57,611 bases of DNA from Welwitschia mirabilis (Eukaryota). The DNA lies in assembly GCA_051453625.1 (NCBI GenBank), contig JBOZIK010000001.1, positions 22,373,308 through 22,430,918 on the forward strand, in the 5' to 3' direction. The notes beneath the pieces were generated by a model. The model worked only from the letters and a program-made list of their open reading frames with translations, had not been told where the DNA came from and did not search any database. The position numbers and the translations under genes are program-made. Numbering within the stretch: the first letter of the stretch is position 1; every line of letters starts with the position of its first letter. Below are positions 1 to 13,573 of the stretch, piece by piece.

Positions 1-263
1 GATTGGGTGTTTTGATAAGGGAACCAGGAGGCTGAAAGCACGTTGCTGCCCCCTGTGAGTGGAGTAGGCAAGAATTGTCGAACCACTATAAATCTGGTGC
101 ATTGTCTCTTGTTTCATGTGCATTGTTATTAGTTTATTTTCTTGATTGATTTTTTATCTCAAATTAATTGTAAAGATTTAGATTCATGTTCATATTTCGC
201 AATAAAATTAAATTACCCTATTCACTCCCCCTCCCCCTCTAGGGTGCTTCTTTGATCCTAACA
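1..263 (+). mobile_element. 3' end of a Sirevirus-like Copia LTR (solo or 3' LTR) in the upstream LST8 intron
   Basis: Ends CCTATTCACTCCCCCTCCCCCTCTAGGG...CCTAACA. Bases 16-68 (TAAGGGAACCAGGAGGCTGAAAGCACGTTGCTGCCCCCTGTGAGTGGAGTAGG) match the LTRs at ~14381-14433 and ~17584-17620. No PBS follows. Confidence 0.75.
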
Positions 264-2109
264 CAAATTGGACCAAATCGACAAAATCGTTGCTACTTAT
301 GACAGAATCATCGCTTGAGAACTCATCTAGCAACGATCGCGTTGCAACATTATCGGCAGCTATCATTGCCCAGAGACAATGTAGCGACCATAGAATACAA
401 TTGAGATCATCACCACTTACTGTTGCCTAGCCACGATTCCCCGTGATGCCGCCTTCTATTACAAACCGAGATCGTTGTCAGACACCATTGCCTAGTTATG
501 GTTCCTAGTGATGCCTTCTTCCATTACAAATCGAGATTGTCGACACTTGTAGTCGCCCAACGACACAAGTAGCGACAGTAGTGGTTTCTGTGTAACCAAC
601 TCATTAACCTCTTAACCAATCCAAAAGCTATAAACCAAAGGGCTTGTCCTCGCCATTTTTAACCTTCTCATTGCTTGAAGAACATGACAGAAAGTGGCAG
701 GACTGAGGAGGCCACTGAGAGAGCCTTGGAACAAGGTCCGTTGTGTATTCTAGTGATTCGGGGTGAGACTATTGTCTCCAGATGCTCAACGTTACTTTTG
801 TATTACAGATATTAGAATTAATATAAATGTTTTTCCTTGATTCTCGAGTTGTGTTTTGAAAGACATTAGATCTTTCTTTTGAATGATGTAACTTGATACA
901 TGGTTTGAGACTAGTCGGATGACAACCAATGAGATCAGAGTAGTGTCTTGAATTTTCTATTGTCAAGCCTCTTGTCTTCTCTAGATATGATACTTGAGGT
1001 TGCTTGATGGCATAAAACATTGCTTAAACAAGTTGCACAATAGGCCCATCATCTCTCTATATAGAGATTTGCAAGCTTATGTGCAGATTGTGCATTTTAG
1101 ATGTTCGTAGGAACAGAATCATTCAGACAGCACCAAATAATACCAAAGCCTTTCAATTAATTCTCTTCCATTCATTAACGATAACAGAAATACGCTTCAC
1201 GCTTGGTTCCTAAATGAGTGATTTAAGATCTTGCTCACACATCGAGTTTTTAACATTGATATTCCAAAGCTCACAATTTTGGTCATCAACCTTGTTCATC
1301 AGAATGAGTGTCTTCCTCATCATGTACAGCTCCCACTGAAACAAAAATTTGAGTCTACAACTAAGACTCTCTATTGACGATAAAAGAGGGGTGGCCGCAA
1401 GTGTGAGAAAGTGTGTCAACATCTGAGATATGATTGGACAAGCACTGACAAAAATTTGAATGTGCTCATGAGGTTCACCACGTAGTGCCACTCTACTTTG
1501 TTCACTTTGCTCAATTCCACAAAGCCTACCTTTGTTACTAGTTATGAAAACATAGTTAAAAAAAAAAAAAATTGAAATGTAGTGATTGCCAAAACATAGC
1601 AACAATAACCAAAACAATAAACAAAGACACAAAGGTTAATCTGGTTTGGGCCCTTCGCCCTACTTCACAAAAGAGTGCAGCCTTATATTAGATTAGAACA
1701 GCTCATAGGCACAATGGCCTTTTCAATAGCTAAAGCATTAGCCAAAAAACTTACACCTCTTCTCCCAACCTGTGCCTCCTTTTAAAGACTCATTTTATGT
1801 TAGAACCTAAAGTAACCATGAGTTAACATGACTTAACTCCAAATCACATAAGACAAATAATAAATATCAGTTTACAACATTTAAAAGGGTGAGACATTTT
1901 AAGTCAATGAAAAATAAACAAAAGGGAACATAATAAAAAAGAGAAGATTTGTCTTAACTCTTTCTAGCAGTTTATGCATTACTTAGCTGTTGTCCTTTGT
2001 TTTCTTCTCTAAATATCTTCCTTGGCTTTTGTATATCTAGCATTTGCTCTTTTTAGTGGCACCTTTTTACCTTGAATAACTGTAATCATGTTAATTGATA
2101 TTTGTTTAG

Positions 2110-2179
2110 GGCTCCTGGATGCCAAAGAGAGTATGAGAGTCGAGCTGCAGTTAATACCGTTGTCTTGCATCCAAATCAG
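2110..2179 (+). CDS. LST8: LST8 internal exon (R)APGCQREYESRAAVNTVVLHPNQ
   Basis: Acceptor tttgtttag|G; translation matches the plant LST8 motif; donor CAG|GCATGT. Confidence 0.95.
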
Positions 2180-2488
2180 GCATGTTGAAAGATGACATTC
2201 CATCTTCTACATCACAGCATGTATGATGTATATTTTTGGGTTTTTTTTTTCAAAATATTACTTTTTTTTGGTTCCTTTTATGTAAATTAATTACTATTGG
2301 AGGAAGGTTCTGGAAGCTGCTTTTCATGTGTAAAGTAGACTTGTTTTTGTTCTAGCCTAACCATGGTTGTATGGCATAAACATGTTTTACAATGTATTAT
2401 TTTATATTGTTTTACTTTTGCCCAGTAGTTAATAATTGTGTTTGCTGACAGTGAGAATGCTTTTATACTTGTGTTGCTTAAAATTCAG

Positions 2489-2566
2489 ACAGAATTGATA
2501 TCAGGGGATCAAAATGGAAATATTCGTGTCTGGGATCTTACTGCAAATTCTTGCAGCTGCGAACTG
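2489..2566 (+). CDS. LST8: LST8 exon [26 protein letters not shown]
   Basis: Acceptor ttcag|ACA; phase 0; WD40 motif; donor CTG|GCAAGA. Confidence 0.95.
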
Positions 2567-2653
2567 GCAAGAGTTGTTTGTTGAGCAGAATTATCCTATT
2601 CCTTGATAAAATGAAAATTGTAGTTTTATTGTAGTATCATTTTGTTTATTCAG

Positions 2654-2770
2654 GTTCCAGAGGTTGATACAGCAGTGAGGTCATTGACAGTCATGTGGGA
2701 TGGAAGCCTGGTTGTAGCAGCAAATAACCATGGCACATGTTATGTTTGGAGGTTGCTGCGTGGAACACAG
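2654..2770 (+). CDS. LST8: LST8 exon [39 protein letters not shown]
   Basis: cag|GTT ... CAG|gttatt; 39 codons, in frame with neighbouring exons. Confidence 0.97.
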
Positions 2771-2983
2771 GTTATTTCTTGATTTGTTTCATCAATTTTC
2801 TAGCCTTTTTAATAGTTTTCAAAATCATTGTGTCTCTCGTGAGTTCCTTTTGCAATTGCCAAGTGGTGGTTGTGGATACCATCCGAAATACATTTCTGTA
2901 AAAAGTAGCAGATGTGCTTACAATTTTTACCATTCGTTATGATCCTTTACATATGGTGATAATTCTGATAGCTTATAATGCAG

Positions 2984-3078
2984 ACGATGACGAACTTTGA
3001 ACCATTACATAAACTTCAAGCTCATAATACATACATATTAAAGTGCCTCCTTTCACCAGAATTCTGTGAGCATCATAG
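2984..3078 (+). CDS. LST8: LST8 exon [31 protein letters not shown](R)
   Basis: tgcag|ACG ... AG|gtaatg; ends in phase 2, matching the exon at 24916. Confidence 0.97.
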
Positions 3079-5274
3079 GTAATGTAATCCTTTATTAGTT
3101 TTGAACTTTTGAATGTTCATATTTTAGAAAACTATTTAGTAATGAATCTGGTGGCTTGCATCATAGATACAAGATTTGCATATAATATTTTTATCCCTAA
3201 ACTCCATTAATGATGAAATAGAAGGGAATTTATGTTAACAATTGAAGTATTCTGTTGAAATGATTTTTCAAGTGCTCTATGTTTCATCCCACCAGAGAAT
3301 AAAAGAATTGGAGAATTGATACTGGTTGTGAGGGAAAATAATGAATTATTAATTTGGATATTTAATTACATGATTTACTTCAAAACTTTGAACAAGTTGG
3401 AAGTACAGATGTTTCACCAGATAAAAGGATAATAGCATGATTACTAAATTATGCTTGCATGTCCAAAATGGTTTGCTGATTGACAATTATTGGGCCAACC
3501 ATTTCGATGCTTGGATTTACGTTGATAAACCATGTGTACCCATTTTTATTGATATCAAATGTTATGTTATTATATGAAGGCCTGGCATTTGTGACCCTTA
3601 ATTACCATTCCATTTTTGTTGCAAAGCTTTGGTTGTACTAAGCATGTCAACTACCATTTGTAAAATTAAAATAAGAAGAATGAAATGACTATCATTACAG
3701 ATGATTCCATACAAAGATTATATAAAGAGGATAGGGAAGGTTGTTTGTCCCATCAAGATAAGGCATTCCATTATGGCCACCTAGCTCAAAGGAGTTTGTA
3801 ATCTTCCCTTTCTGGATCCCTTGATTTGATGAAAATAAATAAACATGTAACACAAGTTTATCAATTCTTATCATTGAATACAGTCAGTACACAACTATAG
3901 GTAGTTCCTAGTTAGGATTAAGGTATGCTCTTCCAGTTAAAAAATAACAATCATAATCAAGGCCAACAATTTCAAACTCAATTTTAATTTCCATGGTTGA
4001 TTTTCTTTGCTTTGGGTGAATGTTATTTTGTGGTGTTTATTGATGCATATCTTATCTAAGTTGAGCTTCTAAGGATAGCCAATGACGTTCATGTTGTGAA
4101 ATGGACCTTGATTTTTGTCAATGAGAGTTGACTAGCTTATCAGAACACCTTGAGTAGCTATCTATTCGACAACCATTGATTGGTTCTCCTATTTAAAAGG
4201 AAATCCACACAATAGATTTAAGAAGTGTGGTTGCCATACTTAGAAGTTGAACTTGTAATTGAGTACTTGTTGAAGTAATGCACTAAGACGGAGATATACA
4301 TGAAACACTAATGATAAGAAAAGGGAATTAGTTGCAGAATGCAGTTTTTTCCAACAAGAATCATAGGTTTTGAGAAAATCTTGAAGAAGAAAAATATTTT
4401 TCACTTCTTATTACTAGAAATGTTGTTTACTTATTCAGCATGGGATTGTGGAGCACTATCTTCGTCTTTGACTGAAGTAGAAATTCTTCTGTATCTTGAT
4501 GCTAAATGTTGGGACTTGGAGCATGCAAATGAAGATAATGTAGGGAAACTGGCAATATTGCACCAGTAAGCTCACTCCTAATCAGATTTTAGAGGCCTTC
4601 ATGTTTCACATTTTAAATGTGGATTCAAAGTCAATATTGTGTGGCTTGGGACCTTCTTCTATGTAAGTAGTTCAGACTTATTGCAAACCCTTGGTCGATG
4701 CAGGCAGTTCATCCTATAAGAGGCAAAACCATGAAGGGGAAATGGTGCAATGAATTTCTGTATGTCAAATGTGGTGCTTAGGAGGAAAACCCTACATTTT
4801 GAAGAAATTTCATTGAAGTTCCTAGAATGGTTTTTGGAGGAAATTGAAATTCTTAGCTAATAAGTTCCTATAAGCATTCAAGTGATAAAGGAGTTGAACA
4901 CCTTTGAAACTACTTCAAGCACATCTTGTGAAAGGTATACCATCATTGTGATCTCAGGTATCAGATTTTCTCTTTGTGGTATGTGCTTCAAGTTGACATT
5001 GGTTGATTATCTCCTATATGACTTGATGATATGGTAAAAGAATTAAGTTGTGACCACATTTTGGGATTGGATGGTACATTGCATCAAGCCAAGTGTTGGG
5101 GTTTAAATCTTGCGTAGTAATAGTGTTTTACTATTCATTGTAATTATGGCACACCACTTCCTTCTATTTGTTATTCTTTGTTAAAATAAATAGCTAAAGA
5201 GTTAAACAAACTTTATATGAGGTGTGACTTCTCATTTATCATGGGTAAAACAAAAATTTTTATTTGTTGTAATG

Positions 5275-5573
5275 TCAGTGTGGGATTAGGTCTCATGTTT
5301 ATAAGTTATTGGGAGCTTCAAAGTCTTGGGTTCCAATCCTATGGTGTGTGGGCTGGTTGTGGTTTACATCCATGTATTCAAGGTGCACCTAGGCATAGCC
5401 TTTAATGTGTTAGGTAAAAATCATAGGCGACGCTTGGACATTTGGTAGTCAGCTTCTAGGTTGGCGGAGGTCATCCATGGGTTTTCACTCGACCAAGCAA
5501 ACTAGTGTCCCTCGTTAGTGCACTATGGTTTCCCATGAATTCAACTTCATCTAAAAAAATAAAAAATAAAAAA
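5275..5573 (+). mobile_element. tRNA-derived SINE, copy 1
   Basis: B-box-like GGTTCCAATCC, body colinear with 8335-8620, A-rich tail. Confidence 0.7.
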
Positions 5574-5607
5574 GTGAGATTAGGGTTGCAACCCTAATAG
5601 AAAAATA

Positions 5608-6272
5608 TGTGAGGACTATTTAGTGTAGAAGGCGGCATTCTAACCTTGTCTAGTGTTGGAAGTGAAGCCAAATCTCTTAATGTTATTTATTACTTTGTAG
5701 TTTGACTTTATATATTTTTATATAGTCCCCTTCTTAGTGTAATTTAATATTAAAAGGAGAAGGGAAATTTAATGGGGTCATCTAAAAAGTTCTAGAAGTT
5801 AGGGTTAGGGTTTCTACCCTAAAAGAAAATCTATATAAAGAGAGTAGAGGCATGGAATGCCATAAGGTGTGTGGGAGTCGAGAGTTGCAAGATTGGTTAT
5901 TGAGGACGACTTGTGTCCTTGCCCTTTTTCATTCTAATAGAGAACTTTACATTGCTTCCTTGGTTTTTCCCCACATTGGGGTTTTCCACGTAAATCTGGT
6001 GTGTTGATGTTTGCATTTGCTTTTGCTTTGCTGCATTTTTCCAACTTCTAGGTCTTGTTGATTAGGGTTTTCTATTGGCATCCCTTTGCTACTTTTGACA
6101 CCCTCGTCAAGTCATCAAGGATGACTTGTCTCCTGGGGTTTCACTAGTATGCTTGGTAATAGAGAGCTTTACACTATTCCTAAGGTTTCCCACACATTGA
6201 TGTTTTGCATGTAAATCTTTGGAGTTCATGTTGTTGTTGTTTTACATTTCTGCTGTTTAAATTTGTAGCACA
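5608..6272 (+). mobile_element. Degenerate LTR-like remnant(s)
   Basis: TATA-like CTATATAAAG; motif GGTTTTCCACGTAAATCT common in Copia LTRs, with a diverged repeat at ~6170-6250. Boundaries uncertain. Confidence 0.4.
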
Positions 6273-6629
6273 AACATTATTGATCTCTATCTCTATTCTT
6301 GTTCTTCTATTGCATTTTGTCCAAGCCAATAGAGGGCTACCTTGAACATGTGTCTTCATGACATGAACATGCTAATGTAAGGTTCTAGTCTTGTTCTTCC
6401 ATTACTTTCTCAAGGTTGTCGTTTTGGATGCTCTTGTGACTCTAAACATTATATTTCACTTTTTGTAAACAAAATATATTGCCTTCGCAAATTTAAAAAC
6501 TTACTTTTATGAAAGAAATTTGCATCATATTACTATTGTTTTACTATTTGAAAAAAGTACTTTTCTATTTTCATCTCATTTTTAAATTCAGTGCACTATC
6601 CATGTGATGCTTTTATCCTTTATTTTACC

Positions 6630-7718
6630 CATGATAGCATGACTCACGGCTCACTGAGGAAGCCAAAGTTGTCACTCATGAGTGACTCACTTGACTTGAC
6701 TCATTTGTGCAAAAGAGTTGAAAAGAGTCAATAAACAATTGGGGGAAAAACATAAAAAGACATCACAATATGAACGTTTTAGGATTGAAATGTGTTTCTA
6801 ATTGAACAAAAATAAAATGTAACACATTATAATAGTACTAAGTTGAATTTGATGGTCTATTATATTACTAGATCACCTGAATATTGTACAATACTGAATG
6901 TTATATGGAATTTTTTGGTGAATTAAATGAAACACTTTATGAAAATTTCACATAATCACATGAGAACATGTATAAAACATATGTGCTCATTCCAAAATGC
7001 AAGAAACCCACTACATTAATAAAAATAGACGAAGACCATTGTAAATTCAAAAAAAAAAAAGTAAGAAAAACAACTCTGAAACTATCATGAAATAGAAATT
7101 TAAGAAAGGGGAAATAGGTCAAACTAGAAAAACAAGTTCAAAGTTGAGATGGAAACCACAAAATCACTTTTACATGCTCGAAAAAAAAAATTCACAACAT
7201 TTATAATCATTGTTTTTGAACTTCAAATAGAAAGGAAAAAGAAAAACGAGGAAAGGAAAGAGAAAAAAATATGGAAACCCTACCAATGCACTATCGCTAT
7301 TGTGCCAACTTCTCCAAAACGAACTTCAAATGACTTAAGTTAGTTGCGGAGTGGGAGAAATCAATTTTAAGGGCTAACAAGCTAGCCTAGGGATGATTTT
7401 TTAATCAAATGAAAAAGAATTAACAAATGATTTTTCTATCTATTGTGTGCATGAAGAGTTAAAATCTTTTGACTCACCTTGATTTGTGAGTCACTAGCTT
7501 GACTTAGCAAGTTAAAAAAAGCTTTTTTATGGTCGGGGGGAGGGGGAAGCTTTGACTTAGCACTCGCCAGTCACTCACCTAACTCGGCGAGTCAAAAAAT
7601 CCCTTTTTTTTTAAAAAATGTGTTTTGCCTTAATAGTGAGTGACTAATCAACTAGTCACTGACTTGTGAGTGACTCGTTGAGCCAAGTTGAGTCATGCTC
7701 CACTCGTTTTACCACATG
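6630..7718. mobile_element. Non-autonomous DNA transposon (hAT-like MITE)
   Basis: Inverted ends AGCATGACTCACGGCTCA / TGAGCCAAGTTGAGTCATGCT, clustered GACTC/GAGTC motifs at both ends, AT-rich noncoding core. Confidence 0.6.
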
Positions 7719-8334
7719 TGGCCATACATGTGGCAAACCATTTTACCCTTAACTTCTGACCCAATTCTTGTTTCTCAATCATCTTTTTGTCCATCCATCC
7801 TTGTCCACCTATACTTAGATTTGTATTTAGTGATCATAGCTCATGCTGTATGATGACCCACCAGACATGAGTTTTAAGGTAGCTCTAGATCTAAGTCTAA
7901 TATTGGGTAACATCTTGATTTTTGTTAGATTCGTACACTGTGCATGGTTCATGTTATTTTTTATTTAGTTTGTTTGGAGCTGATAGCTCCTAGGTTCATG
8001 GTCATGTGGGAGTTGGTTCAAATTTTTGATTCTAACGTGATTTGGAGTTGTCTAGCACATGAGACCTCTACATGAAGGATGCTTCATTAGTGGAAACTAT
8101 GAATGGGTTTCACGTTAAAGGACCATCAAGACCATCAAGAACAATATCAAAATAATGGATGGATTGAATTTTGTGCTAGAGTTTGACTTATTATAGGAAT
8201 TACAGAAACAAACTAATTTCAAATGACAAAGTGCTCCAACCATCTTTAATTTGAACATAAATGAATGGGAAATTTATAGGGAAAGAAAGGAATGACATTT
8301 TAAAATCTGATCAAGAATTGGTACATATTTAGCT

Positions 8335-8620
8335 TGGCACATAGCCTAGTTGGTTCAACCCTTGTTCATATTTCATTGGGAGCTTCATAGTCTTAGGTTT
8401 GAATCTTACAGTGTGTAAGTTGGCTTGTGGTTTATACCCATGTCTTCAAGGTGCATAATGGCATGGGATTCAATATCTTGGATATAAATCATAGGTAAGA
8501 CCTAAATATTTGGTGGTTAGCTCTTAGGTTGGCAAGGGCCACCCATGGGTTTTCACCCCACTAATAAAGTTAGTGTGGCATGGCTTCATATGAATTAACT
8601 TCCTCAAAAGGGGAAGAAAA
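8335..8620 (+). mobile_element. tRNA-derived SINE, copy 2
   Basis: A-box TAGCCTAGTTGG (~8342) and B-box GGTTTGAATCT (8396-8406); homologous to copy 1. Confidence 0.7.
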
Positions 8621-9559
8621 GATTGCTACATACACAATATTTAACAAAAGAGGAGGGAACAACGATTATCATGCCACAACTTGGAGGTGAAAGTATTGTG
8701 CTTAGCTCATTAATTGTTCCATTACTTTTGACATTGCAATGGGGTAACCTTGTGCTACCATCTTGTGCATGCTTCAGTAAATATGCATATCACATTGTGA
8801 TGACAGTGTGATAAACTTGTCTTTAAGTGCTATTCATCACGCTGTGATGATGGCTCCATGCAATTTTTAGTATATANNNNNNNNNNATTATTGTCGCCTT
8901 GCAATGTTATGCTTCATCCTCTTCTTGTCACAACACAGTACCCATCTTACACTAAGTTGATTTAAGAGGCTGTTAGCATTGCAACTTGCAAATAACCAAA
9001 GCATTAAGTGCCTATAACAAGCCTCATTGCAATGTGATGGCCATGGGATTCAAAATAGAATAACAATAAATTATTGCACAATATTTCTTCCAATTAAAAA
9101 ATTTAGCCAAAAGAACATCTTGTATGCTTTATTAATCATATAACTGCTTCAAATACATCACTGTTGTACCATAATTAGCATGGAATATGCAAAAGCATTT
9201 TTTTATTTTTGGAGTTCTAGGTAGCTAAAATCATTTTTGGGATCACTTGGAATTGCATAGCTAAAAAACATTTAAAAATAGTGTTTTCTTGATTTTTGAA
9301 AGCATTCTTAACTAATTTTATACATTGCAGAGACCATCTTTATAATATTGTATTATATTTGCAAGGGATACAAGTATATAACAAGTCAAAGTAAGTCAGA
9401 AATCATAATGCATTATCTGATCAATGTTCTTCGAAGGTCCAAAGCCCATGCGCGAGGACACCTCCCAAAATATACATATCCATATAGTGTTGTCATATCA
9501 GAAAATAGCTGAACCAAATGGCCAAATTAAAGTGTACAACAAAATGAAAACGTGAAGTA

Positions 9560-12230
9560 GGGAAGTATGATATAGACTTCTACATGTATATCTATGTGAT
9601 ATAGATTCTAGAAGAACTAGTAAATCCGATTGCTTCTTTTCTTCCAACAAAACAAAGTTTGACTATTTGAGTCATCCTAGGTTCCTCTTCTAACTTCTCC
9701 TCAAGTCTCTTTGTATTGGATGGAGTGAGTCTGGGCTTTGTGGTTGTCCTGCTGAATGCTCCTTCAACACTAGAAATATACCTACTTAGATGTGCAATGC
9801 TTGAAGTATCCTCTAGGTCATGCATCAGCCCTAGCACATCACCACTGATCCACTTCGTTGTGCCTGCAACCCTTCTAGCATAATCCACCATATATACTAA
9901 TGCGTCTAGCTGCACATCTTCATTCTTCATAGATGAAGACATTCTAAATCTCATTTTCATATTGTAGTACACATATACAAGCCTATCCAATCTTCACATT
10001 GTCAACCTTAGGCGCTTTTTTAAGTTGATATGCCAACACATTCAAAAGCACTACAAGGTTCAGTACAAATCCTTGGAGTCCATGAATGCAACGAAGGTGT
10101 GCCATTACCTAAAACAATGCCCCAAAAAGGCAAAAAAAAGGAAGGCGGGTACATCAAAAAAAGAAAAAAAAGAAGACATAATTACAAATTCTGATTTTAG
10201 AAAGTAAGGTAGCAAACTAAGAAAAGTACTTAGAAAAATGGAAGTAGAAGATGTGAAAATTTGTCTTCTACAAAGGGGCTTGCTAAAGAATTATCCTTCT
10301 TATAAATCTGTCTAGTTGTCCCATTACAAAGTATTTTTTACCCATATTAAGAAACAATTTCTCCAATGTATATCCCCCACAAAAAAAAAAAAAAAAAATG
10401 TGTGTTAGCATTAGGCTCATATTCCTTACTTTCCTTTGCATAAACAAATCTAGGATTAGGATAATGTGTGGATGCATGCAAAGGTTTATGAAGATACTTG
10501 TCCCATCTTTATCAATCCCCCTTCATTAAGGTTGACATTTTCTCTTGTCAAGCCCATAGTAGGACAGAATTACTTCTTTGGTAGTGTCTATTTCCTCTTA
10601 AAGTTTGGACATGGGGCAATCATCTCCATCCACAATTCGAAGGACGTGTACAAAAGGCTCAATAACCAAAGATAGTTCAGAGGGGAAAAAGATTACAAAT
10701 TAGAAATATGTCAAGAACAAATAATGAAATTAACAAAGTTAGTGCTACCTTTACAGACTTTGCAACTTCATCCCAAAAAGACTATTGTACACAAGGATTG
10801 CCATATCTTTGTCAGCATTGGATGAATAGTACTGCATGAAAACATTACCTTCTTGCCACTCATTTGAACCAAATGCTTGCATCTATTGCAAACAATCACT
10901 TTCTAAACTCTTCAGAGTTAGAAAGTGTGTTGCAGAGTGTGTGGTATTACATTAACAATGTCCTTTCCTTTAATGTGCTTCCTCACAAGGGCACAATCAC
11001 ATGATTGTAAATAAATCTGAAAATTTTTGTGGCCCACTTTGTAGCCTACAAAGAGGAAAGAAAACCAAAGGTTTAAAAATTGAGAAGTCTAAGAAAACCA
11101 AAATTAGTATATTGTTCTGCACAATGTGTTCAATAAATTTTGTGGTACTTCTTCATCAACTACTCCCTTGCTTTTATGTAATTAGTTGTACTGTGTGTGA
11201 TGAATTGTACCACAGTCTGGGCAAACAAATTGCACAATTTCATGAGACAATGAAAAGAGATAATCATGCTTCTTCACATGATCAGAAGCATCATTAGAGT
11301 GGATGAATAAGGTTCCTTTGTAGGAGCGAGCAAGGAAATTGATGAGTGCTCTCCCTTTTAAGGTAGTCGACCCATCTGGACATGGAAAAGACATATTTTT
11401 CCATATATGGTGTTTTAGAAAGGAGGACTATGAATTAGATTCAGAAATTCAGTATTTTGATAATTGATAATTTAATATTGCATTATTGGAAATATCAAAT
11501 TTGAAAAAAGGAATTAAATAGTGTAGCTAAGTATCTTGGAGTCATAATGCAAAGTGTCAATATACTTGGCATAATCATCAAGTGAAGGCCCTTGCAAGTG
11601 TTGATAACTAGGAGCTTTAAACCTAGCTTTTGCTGTAATCGTAGCGTCAAATGTTTTTGGCACAAAGATTGGTTTAGTGCATGAGAAGGAATGGCACACG
11701 AATAAAACTGTCTTGCAGTAATTTTCTTGGCACCTTCATGGGCATCCTTGCTTCATATGCTTGTTCAAGTGAAGGTTGCACACTTGTTGAAGTCAAAAGG
11801 AGAAAAACATTCATTCTTGCAATAACATGAAAGAGTGGATCAAATGGAATTGATGACTTACCACAAGCAGAACCTTCTACATTAAAGCTAGAATCAAAAA
11901 ATGCTTGAACATTCACTCTACCAGAAGAAAGATATTGTTCAAAGGATTGCTCTGTTTTTGCTTTGTTCTTTCTTGCTCATGCTTTACTTCGTTCCACCAT
12001 AGCTAACATTTTTACTTGACTTCAATAGATGCCTTCAGACAAGCGACAATGACTTTCGCTTTTCTGCTGATTAGACGAAATTTTAATCGAGAAACCCTTT
12101 TACGACATTCTTGATTACAAGACATGCGTATTGCCTTTTTTGGTTACAAACTTGAACCAGCCCAAGTCCAGTCCAAATTCTTCTGCCAATTTCCATCAAA
12201 CATTTTGAAGGATTTTAAACTAAGAGAACA
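9560..12230 (-). mobile_element. Degenerate hAT transposase (BED finger, DUF659-type core, dimerisation domain)
   Basis: Ordered minus-strand fragments: SCNQECRKRVSRLKFRL...AC; FKAPSYQHLQGPSL; LINFLARSYKGTLFIHSNDAS; DRLVYVYYNMK. Stops and frameshifts present. Confidence 0.85.
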
Positions 12231-13573
12231 TAGGAAACACACACCAAAAGAAGGAAAAAAGAAAGAGGAAAAAGGTGGGGGGAAGAAAACACAGGAAAAG
12301 AAGTGATAAAAGAAGAAAAAGTTCTGGGGGTGAAGAGAAGAAAACAATTTTGAAACTGAACAACAATTTTCAAAAGCCTTGGTTTCGAGGGGGTTCACAA
12401 AAAATCTCACTAAAATGCAATTAGAAAATTAAAATAACATTGATCTTAGCATAAATTATAAAAACTAATAAAAAGAAACAAAGAGTGCCTATTTGGAATT
12501 GACATTATACTTACCAGAGCAAAGTTCCTCTGTACGAGACAAAATCTGAACTTTGAATTTTTGAACTTACAATGGAATATCGGTTTTGAGATTCAGATTA
12601 ATGCAAAGTATGTATCTGTGTTTGCAGCGCACAGGAAACCTGAAAATCACAAGGGTGTTGTGCCTTTAAAAAAACCTAGTCCATGTTTCAATCTCATTTA
12701 TTAGTGCAGATGATTCACAAGACACAGGATCACATCAGATTGCAATGTGGAATGGATCATCTAGATCACGATTGTGTGCTGCTAGATTGCAATTCTGCAC
12801 TGATCCAGACTACTTTCTAATGAATTGCAATTCTAGTTTCCAAAGATCTCAATATTTATCTGCTCTATCTATGGTTAACATTTTTGCAATATGAACTTTA
12901 CTATAGCACTTTGATTCCAAGTGAAAGAAAATGTATGAGGAAAGTGTTTTGAGCAACTGTGAATTGTTAACAATGGAACTCAAAAGTAATGTGCTTGCAC
13001 CACATTAATTATAATAGTGAATTACATGCTGAATTACATGCTTATATGGCTGATACAATCCTAAGTAATCAATGGATAAATTTGGTAAGGATCTAGAAAT
13101 ATCTTACATAAAAATAATAGGATTGCAATCTAGCTTGATTTAGGCTTTATAGTAATGGATCATAAATGTAATTAATTTGGTTAATGATTATTTTGAAGTT
13201 TAGTTATGGAGGGACATGAAAATAGTTTCCTTCACTATTGTGGATTGATTGCAGCTTTGGAAAAGCATCTACGGTTGGCTTTATAGAAGGGAGTTCATCT
13301 TGAGTTCTAAATAAGTTCGTTCAAGCTTAACCCATTGATCCTCAGGGGTGGTGGCTATTTGAGAAAGCAACAACATTTCCTCATGTTTCAAACTGGGTTT
13401 AAATACATGACCTCAGAGAGTGACAATCACCAAAGGAAGGTCTCATGAATTTGATCCAAACTTGATTGAAGATAAGAAAGGGGGTACTAGGAGGGTAATA
13501 AACTCCTGGAAAGAAAAGTCTCTAATCCTTACATATTTCAATAATGATTGTCCTTGATCTACGTAGATGACAT

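Noticed and set aside
270..1880. CGAT-rich repeats and a possible minus-strand Copia gag/LTR
   Set aside because: Probably TE-derived, but termini and family could not be established; ORFs 769-1020 and 1210-1632 are not credible genes.
2730..2942. 70-aa ORF overlapping LST8
   Set aside because: Out-of-frame read through an exon into the intron.
4400..5100. LINE remnants (also ~13250-13570 and 17653-17990)
   Set aside because: Only faint motif resemblance; too decayed to support without an HMM search.
8335..8415. tRNA gene
   Set aside because: Only box motifs are present; no convincing cloverleaf, and it is part of a longer dispersed repeat.
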